Under the pieces are notes generated by a model. It searched no databases. It saw only the letters and a program-made list of their open reading frames with translations, and had not been told where the DNA came from. Shown here one piece after another: positions 10,678 through 20,514 of a stretch of DNA of 64,000 nucleotides. The stretch's first letter is position 1, and the number at the start of each line of letters is the position of its first letter. A program made the position numbers and the translations under genes. The stretch covers positions 14,570,001 to 14,634,000 of the forward strand of contig CM119382.1 in the NCBI GenBank assembly GCA_051294905.1, given 5' to 3'. The stretch is from Botryllus schlosseri. Lineage: Eukaryota.

Positions 10678-12510
10678 TAGGCGTTAATATTACATTATAC
10701 ATGCATCGGGTGCATTGGCACTTTTTCGATTGATATACCAGACATATCTTCTGAGCTGGTAGCAAGGAAAATACCGCCAAGCACCAATCTGGCAATTTGT
10801 AATATGATTCTCGATGAGTCACTGAAATACGAAGTGCATTTTGCAAACCATTGCAGCAGCACTTGAAGGTTATTGTGTTCTTACAAAGAATAATTTGCAG
10901 GATATAGAAATAGGAAACTAATGAGTCAAATCATATTCATGATACGTTAACTATCACATGAGTAAGTAATGACAAACAATACTACTGCCTGCATTTTATT
11001 GTTATGTTTTTAAACCATACATGGCATTGCAAATTGCTAACTCCTTTACATGACAGGCTCTACCAAAAAAGAGAATTATGAAAGGTCTTGATTGCAGACA
11101 CTTTCAATGCTTAATTAAGCGAAAATTGTGGGTCAAAGCAATTGTTGAAAATTACTTTTCTTATTAAGCTGAAAAAGTGCCTGAGGTATAAATGTACGAT
11201 AAATCAGAACTTGTATCAAGCCCAAAGCCCTAATTCATGTCATTGCGGTAGCTCTACCCTGCAATTTGCTCAACCATAATCATAATTTGATGGCCTAAAC
11301 TTTTAATTGAAGCAGCAGTGGCAACCGCTGAATCAGCCCTTGTCTGTACTTTTGCACCTCCAGACAATATGAAACTTTTGATATTTGATGGAATTCTTGG
11401 ACAACAAACATCTAATCAACCTAATCCACAAAACATGGCCAATTCATACACATTTCACGTGAGCAGTCTACAATAGAGCATTGCATCGCATATGTTCTCT
11501 AATTACACAGAAGTTAATGATCACACCAGCAGCAAATGATTACCTAAAATTGTCTGACACCAGCACGACCAATGGGAAAAAATTATATGATCATCCTAAA
11601 GCTGTAGGTACCAACCTATTTCCGATTGGAAAAAGCTCTGACCCACATCTAAATTTCGTAAGCTGATTACTAAGAAAACGATCAGCAATCAGCACCTTTG
11701 TCCAGACCTACTCACGGCCTATTTAGGAAGCTAATTACTGAAAAAAGATTTTAAAAAAAGGCAAATGACCACCAGGTTGAAAACCACTACATGTCAAGCT
11801 TTTAGGCATACTTGTGGCAGAGCATTTACGAAATAATGCATGCTGTTAAGAATATCTCAAACCCTGTTGTTTATTGACTAAATGACATTTATGACTTCAA
11901 AGCAACTCATAGGCACTGGTCCGCAATCATCCGATCACTCGGCATAATCCTTTTCAAAATAATACGCCCAATGGCATAGCAGCAAGTACTGGAGGAAAAT
12001 CACTAACTAGACAATATCTACTATCATAAAATATTTTAGAACTGAAAAAGAAAACAGTGGGTTCAAATTAATGCATATGCAATACGCATTCAAAGCAATT
12101 AATATTCTTAATGCAGTGTTACAAAATAGCCAGTTATGCACAATTCAAGTGAAGACTTTGCTGGAATTGAAAAATTAACAGCATAAAACAATAAAAAACA
12201 TAGCACCCCAATCTTAAATCATACAAAATATCACACCAAGAAAGTAAGTAGAAGTGAACTTGATTGAACTTAGGACTAAGATTTGACTTGATGGTCACTT
12301 CAAAAACCAGATCACAAAATGAAAGAAACTGCATCGGCAGTGTCAGTACAAAAAACTTTCTCTTGCAAGTAAATTTTCAGTAGGCCTACAACTTTTCAAC
12401 ACACGGTTCTGTGATTAGGTTTTTATGACATCAAAGGCTGAAGAAATGATGCAACATACACTGTCAGCATATAAATATGTTCAGTTTTTGTGGGACAACA
12501 TACAGTAGCT

Positions 12511-12775
12511 CATATCGTCGCAGTGGAATCAAAGTATCTTATGTCCATTTGACACATTTTGGGAAAATTAACTTTGAGTGAAGTTTTCATCTTCTTTCAG
12601 CCATATATTGGCCCCGATTAACTTTGATATACTGAGACAGACATAACCATGGCTAAGATATGCCCAAAAGAAATACAAAAATCTTCAAAAAGTCGATTTT
12701 GTTCAAGTTTACAAAAGGGAGCTTCAAAATTTTAAAACTGGACATAAGATACTTTGATTCCACTGCGACGATATG
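12511..12775. mobile_element. 265-bp MITE with perfect 37-bp TIRs
   Basis: CATATCGTCGCAGTGGAATCAAAGTATCTTATGTCCA (12511-12547) is the exact reverse complement of 12739-12775; TSD not clear. Confidence 0.8.
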
Positions 12776-13053
12776 TAAGAATATTTCAACGTGCAATCCT
12801 CATTCTTCAACAAACGAGTGAAGTACCATACGGTAGTTAAGTGGCAACTGATTGAATAATTGCATTGAGTAGGCTACATGGATTGAAAATAGACATATAT
12901 AGTTCAAGAACAAAAGACAAATTTTGCAAACTGCTGCAAAATATCGAGGACAAAATATACTACGTCCTATTCCTATTATACTATTATCAGTTAGTGCATA
13001 ATACCGTATTATCCACATCTGAGGGGCCAAAAACAATCTACACGTCCCATTTT

Positions 13054-13716
13054 TTATTTTTTTTTCTTTGGTTTAGAATACTTTTCAGATTTCTTTTCTT
13101 CTGCGAATTTAGCAGGCCTTACATGATCTCGAGCCGGTTCCCATTTGGCAACTGGGCATGGACCCTTGGGAGGCGGTACAAACTGCAATCTTCCAATTAG
13201 CCTATTTAACAACCCGACTTTGTCCATAGGCCACTGGTATACTTCTGATGTTTGCAATGCCATTGGAATGCTGTCCCTTTTCGCACCTTGTATTAATATT
13301 GGTATAAACTTATTGTTCATGCAACCATTGTGGACTATTGTTGTCTGTATATGATCAAATACATATTGACTTTCGCTTTTCTTCTCGTCATCACTTGTGT
13401 CGGTTGGCACATAGTTGCATGCAGTCTCTTTGTAATATTCATCGATGAAAACTAGCACAAAATCACTATCGAGTGCCTCCTCATACCATTCGTTCTTGTT
13501 CAGGCCAAAGATCTTTGCTGAATTGAATTCCGCTTTAACCTTGTTAAATCCGTTTTGCAACAACCACGAGTAAACATCTCTGGCAGTACTCTCATTCCTA
13601 TCTTGTGCGTAGGTTAGAAATATCTGACGCTCTGTGGCGGCGGCATTATGTCCTCCAAGATAACCGCTGTTATCCATGCCGATGTTGTTTTGTCTTTCAG
13701 CTGTCCCGAGTCCCGA
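13054..13716 (-). CDS. SEFIR-domain protein, ACT1/CIKS (TRAF3IP2)-like IL-17 receptor adaptor
   Basis: RQIFLTY...WLLQNGF...W...FVLVFIDEYYK...SQYVFDHIQ...NGCMNNKFIPILIQGAKRDSIPMALQTSEVYQWP...LLNRLIGRLQFVPPPKGPCP aligns by eye with the ACT1 SEFIR domain. ATG at 13677; an acceptor (TTCAG) at 13717 adds 13 in-frame codons. Confidence 0.85.
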   Translation of the reverse strand, partial: SGLGTAERQNNIGMDNSGYLGGHNAAATERQIFLTYAQDRNESTARDVYSWLLQNGFNKVKAEFNSAKIFGLNKNEWYEEALDSDFVLVFIDEYYKETACNYVPTDTSDDEKKSESQYVFDHIQTTIVHNGCMNNKFIPILIQGAKRDSIPMALQTSEVYQWPMDKVGLLNRLIGRLQFVPPPKGPCPVAKWEPARDHVRPAKFAEEKKSEKYSKPKKKK

Positions 13717-14300
13717 CTGAATCGGTAATTTTTAATCGCAGGGGGTTGCCAAGGTAATGGGAAATTACCATCAAAGCTTTATACAATATATATGTTTTAA
13801 TGTAGTACGGACTCGACTTTGTAGGTTCTTGCCCAATGTTCCTGCAACTAATTAGCCTACTTCGTTACCTATGTAAAGTTTATCCCGTCGTACGATAAAA
13901 GTGAAAACATGACGACATTTCGCGTTATTCTCCACACGGAAAAAAAAAACTTGTTGGCATTGTTTACATCCCGGATCTCACACAAATCGTGCGAAATGCC
14001 ACGCAGGTCGCAGGTGTGCTGGGCAACCATAGCCCGTATAAAGGCTATGGGACAACATCAATCATCATCAGATTATAATATATTATAATATCATCTGATA
14101 AAGACACAGACAATGTACACGCGATGTAATGAGCAAATAGGTGCCTAGGTGGACGCTGAACGACCATCATCATCATCATTGGTTTATTAGCAATTTTATC
14201 AGTTCAATACACCACAAAAATGCGATACAATGAAAAGACAGGAAGATGTCGAAGCGACAAGGAGTAGTCTATGGAATCTGACACCCACCTTGGCCTAGGC

Positions 14301-15839
14301 CAGTGGTTCCCAACCTTTTTCATCTCGTGCCTCCCTTGGCCGAAATTTCAGCCAAAATTCCCCCCTTAGGATAAATCTGCCCAATGATTAAAAATGGTCA
14401 TTTTTACCGCGCAAACATCTGTTGACTGAAAGAATAAGACGGATGGTACCGAGTGTTTGTTTCTAGCAGTGCTGTAATAACACTTTGTAGACCGCCAAAA
14501 ACCATGGTCTTGGTCCCAATCACACAAATTCTGGAAGGCTTGACTCAACAAACCCACACGCTTCCATTTGTGTTTTCGGCTTACCATGCACCAATCGCTA
14601 ATATGACTGCTTTTAGAAAGTCAGTATCCATAAATTTACTGGTCTCGAGATTTTTTTCTCAAGTTTGCGTATGCATTTGGCCAACAATAGTGGTACTTTC
14701 ATTTCATATATAGCAGAGTTGACCAGATTCTAGTTTGACTCGAGTCACCATTTTCTGATAACTCGACTTGACTCGAGTCATTTTCTCAAAATACGGAAAC
14801 GACTCGACTCGTCTCGATACAATCTGGGTATTGACTCGACTTGGACTCGAGTCATTGTTCATGACTCGAACCAAGCCATATGATTCAAGACTATAAAACG
14901 GCCAAGACCGACATTTCATTGTAATTTCGAAGAACAGTAAAGTGACCACCCTGTTGGAATTTCGTCTATTGATCCTGCGTACCTGACAATGCGACAAAAA
15001 ACTGCTCAAAGTGAGGAAAATTAGTATGTCATAAATCCAAATCATTCAATATCACCAAACAGTGTCGACTTGAGTGTGACTTGAACTCGTACTCGACTCA
15101 TAATACCATGACTCGGACTCGACCGTCTTTTCGGTGACTTGGACTCAGACTTGACTCAATGGTGAATTGAAAATGACTCGACTTGACTCGAGTCAAAACT
15201 ATGAAAGTGATATATTGACTTGTGGCTCGGAGCCTCGTGACTCGGTTACAACCCTGATATATAACATACACGTGATCAGATTCCCTGCTGGAGCTCTTTG
15301 CAATTTAGGACACCCATTACGTTTCGGCAACATTGCACCAAGTTTACCATGTCTATTTTCGATCGGGTTCACTAAAAATAAAGCAACGCTAGCGATCTCT
15401 TTGACTTGAATCGATGACGTTGGAATATTTAGTCACTGTCTGAAAATGTTTACTTACAAATATAAGATAAATACTTACACAAGAGGCTTTGTTGTGACAG
15501 ATTCGGCACGACATTTACTCGCTTAGGAAATATTTGATTGAGAGGCCGTCGCTGGCCTACAAAATTGTCTTGCGAACTGCAGCACATCTGAACGAGTTAA
15601 AAAAGGGGTGGGGGGATTTGTATGTGAAAAATAAATTTCAAATAGCATTTGAACATACTTTCAGCAAACAAAGAAACAGCCATAATAAGGAGCATACGTT
15701 GGAATATAACTGGTTGATTACGTGACAGTTCGAACATGAACAATTTGGGAAATTCGTTACAATTCTAAAGTCGAATTCCTCCCTAAAAATTGAAAAATTC
15801 CCCCCAAGGGAGGAATTCCTCCCCGGTTGGGAAACACTG
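14301..15839. mobile_element. Non-autonomous hAT element
   Basis: TIRs CAGTGGTTCCCAACC / GGTTGGGAAACACTG; perfect 8-bp TSD GCCTAGGC. Confidence 0.9.
14714..15256. mobile_element. GACTCGAGTC-rich hAT MITE, nested copy
   Basis: Right end GGTTACAACCCTG; degenerate left end CAGAGTTG; flanks ATATATAG / ATATATAA; many GACTCGAGTC motifs. Confidence 0.85.
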
Positions 15840-16442
15840 GCCTAGGCGATGTAAAGAGGAGGCATGCACACTGAATGAAAGTAAAGAAGATAGTATAGAA
15901 GAAGAATGCGACAAGAAATAGGGCGGCATGTCATGGGAAGCGAGATCGATAGGTCAGTCGTGGTCCGGTAATCTTGAGGATGGACTGTATTTATTTAGTA
16001 GTAATTGCTTGTATTTCGACTTGAATGTGGACACTGGACATGCTCGTCGACTGTCGGATGGCCGGCGGGATACTGTTCCACACACCAGTGTTGTTGTTGT
16101 TTGCGGTATTCATGGTGTTTGTCGACTACTATGGTCATTGGTCATCTACACCAAGCCAATATTTATTCCGTAGCTGCCGACTTGTAGTAAGGCACACTTC
16201 TGGTCCTCTTATAAGACACCGACAATGCGATGTAATGAACAGATAGGATGCCGAACGACCAGTTGCGGTCTCTTAAACTGGCATTCACCTCAACCTAGTG
16301 CCCGATGCCACAGATCTTTTTCGGTGTTAATCTCTATTCCTAGGCTCATTTCCATTCCTTGTGAGTGAGTGCGTTCTTTCATCGAGTCTTATTCTGGGCT
16401 TTATGTCGCCTTAAGAACAGCGACGCGGGGGAAGAGGAGCTT

Positions 16443-16494
16443 GGTTAAACTATAGATAACTCACCTACGTAGGTTAGTTATCTATAGTTAAACC
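16443..16494. repeat. 52-bp near-perfect palindrome
   Basis: GGTTAAACTATAGATAACT-CACCTACGTAGGTT-AGTTATCTATAGTTAAACC; the centre ACCTACGTAGGT is itself palindromic. Confidence 0.9.
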
Positions 16495-17143
16495 TCCGAT
16501 GCGGAATCACGCCCGGGCCGCCGGTAGCAGGCCCTAATCGTCACCACGAATCTAACCCCCGGGTCATTCCATGATAGACGCTAGCATACCAATAGCAGCA
16601 GTTGACGCGCGCGAGTCAACACATTTGATATTTCCCTTCATTTTTACTCATAATGACATAATGCTACATACTAAAAATATCGATATTCGTGCGTTTCTTC
16701 ACCAATTCATTCGTTATGTCATTATCCAAGGATTGTCTCTCCGAATACGACAGAATTGCTACATGTTCGAAATTGTTGGAACGCCGTGATTCGGTGATTC
16801 CGACATATTGTGATCGCGATTGAAGCTGATTTTGCAATATTTTCGACACTTTGGTTGGATTCGATTCGGATTTTACGCTCAGCTGTAGAACCATACATTT
16901 TACATCAGGATTTATTCGGTTAAAATCGAACATCTTTTATTTCCGAAATCACAGGATCCACTTAGCCACTCCTATGTGACCAACTGACCATAGTCACGTT
17001 CGTTAGTTCCACCACACATCGTTGGTGTAAATAAATAGGCTTGCTGGCTACGTTCATATATTCGAGAATGAATATGAACGATACCGATTACTTTGAATAG
17101 TGTCACATAGCCATAGAAATAAAACGTACCGGTACATGACTAG

Positions 17144-18046
17144 TCAGTTTGAGCCTTTGAGGTAGTCGTGATGATGCCTCATCGCCACTTCAGGAGATGT
17201 CAATAGGCCGTCATTTACAACGAAAGTCTGCGACGCCACAGCGCAATCTAATTATACTCAAGTATAGCAAGTCTTGAAAATAGCTACCTTCACTTGTAAT
17301 TCAGCAGAAATGTAAGGCATTAGTTGCAGTTGAGTGTCACCAATAATTACTTTGATGCCATGATTTATATAATTATACAAGGGGAATATTTTCTCGCTTC
17401 GCTTCTTACCATTGCGTAAACGAGTTGAGTCTCGGCAGTAGCACGTTTCGAAGTCAACACGACAGCAGTATCGTTGAAGCGCGTAATTCGGGAGTCCAGC
17501 CAGAAAGATGACCTGTTCTTTAGTCAACACAAGATTTCCAGTACAAATTTTAGAACCAGCAGTTTTTTAGTCCGGTATACTGACTTTTCTGATTTGTAAA
17601 GAGTGTCCTTCCTTCCGAATTGAAGAGTAACCCTAATTTACAGAGTCGCTACAAGTCTCTCTCTATACCCGGGGTGGGAAATTTTTTTCAATCTGCGAGT
17701 TTGATATGGAGGAGAGAGTAGCATCTGGCGCCTCAGGCCGTTGGAGCCAAATTTACTAATAACGTTACTGCTTTACGCACATACCTAACTTGATGTGCAG
17801 GCAGAGATGCCCCGATTCTGTGAAATAGTAGTAAGTACCCTGCCCTTGGTTCACTATGCTGAATTCCTCAGCTTCATAACGTAACCAATCATCATAAATC
17901 ACAATATGTATAACTGCTACCAACACAGCCCCAACTGATCCGATCATTAATGTGAAAGCTTTTACTAAAGCCTGCTTGTGTACATTGTACAACCTACTAC
18001 CCCTCAAAGCGATCAAACAGATGCAGATCTGAAGGTTAGCAAACAT
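17144..18046 (-). CDS. Candidate small spliced ORF (about 108 aa), unknown family
   Basis: Exons 18001-18046, 17785-17817, 17669-17724, 17410-17517, 17144-17227 join in frame with GT-AG introns (one is 60 bp); possible 5' UTR donor CCGCG|GTACGT near 18265. Confidence 0.35.
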
Positions 18047-18969
18047 GACTGATATATGAAATATAACTTGGTAGTTGAATAGAAACTAGAAAGCGACAAA
18101 ATAACACAACTTGGAGAAATTGATAACAAACAAACTTAGCAAAACGATAGGTACATCTTTTGTTACGGCAAGCTCTGGAAAAAACTTATATATCACCATG
18201 CAGTAATTGTGAAATCAAAATTAATGGATTTTTAGTTGAGAAAAGAAAAACGAAAGCACACGTACCGCGGCCAACCGACAGAAATCTACACACAGACACC
18301 GAGTCGTGATTTGGTGGTGACAACGGCACATGATATAAATTGGCTATTTTTCATGGAAATCAAGTCCCGATATGATTAGATGTGCATCGCCTTTACCACT
18401 GTTCGGTAAATTCGAGGGCTGCGGCCACAATACAAGGCATGAACACATAGTTGGTGGTCCGATAAAATGAGGACTAGATGAGTCAGACCGCAGACACATC
18501 TCCGCAGCGAAGAATTGTGGATAGCCTAAACTCTAAATATTATAACACGAATCGAAATCAACGTATTTCGGCGCTTCTTCGATATCTTTTCCATATCAAA
18601 TGAGTGATTCTCTTAACCACCAACAACAAGATGAAATCAAATCGATGTGTTCCAAAAACCAGTTTTTTCAAATATACATATTCGTCTTTTCGATACACAC
18701 ACACACTGGTGAAGATAAAGATTAGAATTCACATCAGATTTCGAGATATTTTAGGATCAGATTCAGATTTCAATAATCTCCGGTGTAAGAGAGAGACTTT
18801 ATTTCCCATTCGACCGAACTAAGCAACAAACAAACGGGATAATCTTGACACAAAATATGCAAACACAGTTCCGCATACTTTAGCATAGGGGTCACTGATT
18901 TGATATTAGACGTGTATCGAAGAAGCGCCACCATTCTCGTCTTTGTAGATCCGTTAGAATCTGTTTTAG

Positions 18970-20514
18970 TTAAATGTAAGAAAGTACTTTGTTTCCATAA
19001 TCGTTATCTTTCCGTCGCAACGAGTCTTTCGATTGTTTTTCGCCGCGCTTCACAAAAGGCTTATTCCTCATGCGTTCCTGCACTATCCAGTTGTTGAGCG
19101 TCATGCCGCTGTTGGCACCTTTCGGGTTTAACCTCTCCATGGCTGACTGTTGACCATTTCCAGACGATGTTAAGTCGTGCAGTGACAAATTCTGCCCGGC
19201 CGGCCCACGCCCCAAATTAGACCCTCGCCGCAAGATAGGAGAGTGCTCTTGAAGATCTCGCAGGCCGGACAAAGTATGCCGACGGGTCACCCTCTGTTTG
19301 CGGTGGTCGCGGGCCGAAGGCCTACGCCGCAACTGCTGCTGGCCGTTGAACAGTCTCTCGGTGGCAGTGAGCTGGGGCTTTTTCTGCGGGGCGTTACCAA
19401 AGGCGGAGCTGTCATTCTCGTTACCGCCAAAGCGTATCCCTCTGCGTTTGGGATCGTACCGGCTGAACAGCCTGTCCGACGTGGCCGTGGTCGGCGGCTG
19501 CGTCGGGGCAGAGTTTTCTTTCGCCGGGCCGGGGTTTTTACGGCGTTTACGCAAGGGCTGGTTAGTGAGCGCGTCCAAGCTTGAAATCGAAGATTTTTTC
19601 GAGTGGCCTTTCACTTTTTCAACCGGTTGCTGACCGGCCCTAGATGAGTTTCGGGACAACGAGGACACTTCCAGGGCAGGCAAGTCCCCGACCAGTCGCT
19701 CGTTGGGGGTTTCGGGGTTATTTTCACGATTCTGGGGCACGTCTAAAGGCGGATCCCTTGGCACAACATACAGTTCGATTTGGGGGCGATCGCCACCAAT
19801 TTGTGAACCAGAGCTGAGTTTTCGCGGTTTTGGTTTGGGAGTTTCTCTGCATGATTCAACTGGGGCTTTCAAAGGTACCCGGGTTTTAAATTCACCCGCA
19901 TAACCATGTGGGTACGCATTAGGATTATAATCCTCACTGACTTGGTAAGACTGTGGGTAGGAATATAGAGCATGAGTATGGCGGGGAGCTGTGTCCAGGT
20001 GCTGACCTTCTGACCCAGGCACACGTGTTGGGTGTGGCTGTACTTCGTAGCTGGCCGCTACTTTATGCCTGGGATCGTGCGAGTCAGAGCTGACTCGACT
20101 TCTGCTGTCTGCATGGGGTGGAAAGACAAGGGGGGAGCTAAAAACCGTACTGTGACGTGGAGTAGTGCGTGGGGACGAATCAGCTGACGAAAACGCAGGT
20201 AGGGTCTGCCCGATTGTTGTTTGAGACAAGCGTTCGACCTGTTCTCTGTAAAAGTCCATCAGCCTTTCGGGCACATTCGGCATGGGTGAATGCCGGACCG
20301 GGGTAATGGAATGGGGCGAATCGGTCGACGTAGACGACAGGTCGAGCCGGGAGGATTTCGGGGGGCCGGTGTCCTGCTTTTTCGACCGGTATTCGCCAAA
20401 GCCGCCATCGTCCGTGTCTGCCTGGGCCTGGGCGGCCTGGCTCTGCTTCCATTTCTTGCCGAATATCATCTCCATGAGGTCGCGCGAAAAGGAATTTTCG
20501 GAATCGTCAGAGCC
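18970..20514 (-). CDS. ARHGAP21/23: ARHGAP21/23-like terminal exon (disordered C-terminus)
   Basis: TTTCAG|[23 protein letters not shown] continues the conserved STKSK|GS...SRELL motif; open to TAA at 18970; AATAAA near 18740. Confidence 0.92.
   Translation of the reverse strand, partial: GSDDSENSFSRDLMEMIFGKKWKQSQAAQAQADTDDGGFGEYRSKKQDTGPPKSSRLDLSSTSTDSPHSITPVRHSPMPNVPERLMDFYREQVERLSQTTIGQTLPAFSSADSSPRTTPRHSTVFSSPLVFPPHADSRSRVSSDSHDPRHKVAASYEVQPHPTRVPGSEGQHLDTAPRHTHALYSYPQSYQVSEDYNPNAYPHGYAGEFKTRVPLKAPVESCRETPKPKPRKLSSGSQIGGDRPQIELYVVPRDPPLDVPQNRENNPETPNERLVGDLPALEVSSLSRNSSRAGQQPVEKVKGHSKKSSISSLDALTNQPLRKRRKNPGPAKENSAPTQPPTTATSDRLFSRYDPKRRGIRFGGNENDSSAFGNAPQKKPQLTATERLFNGQQQLRRRPSARDHRKQRVTRRHTLSGLRDLQEHSPILRRGSNLGRGPAGQNLSLHDLTSSGNGQQSAMERLNPKGANSGMTLNNWIVQERMRNKPFVKRGEKQSKDSLRRKDNDYGNKVLSYI

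Larger units (their letters stand above)
14165..16210 (-). mobile_element. 5'-truncated LINE 3' end, split by a hAT insertion
   Basis: Minus-strand GVWNSIPPAIRQSTSMS/TFKSKYKQLLLNKY at about 15960-16090 (typical RT ORF2 C-terminus; frameshifted by a 7-nt duplication); 3' tail AATAAACCAA(TGA)n at about 14165-14190. Confidence 0.7.
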
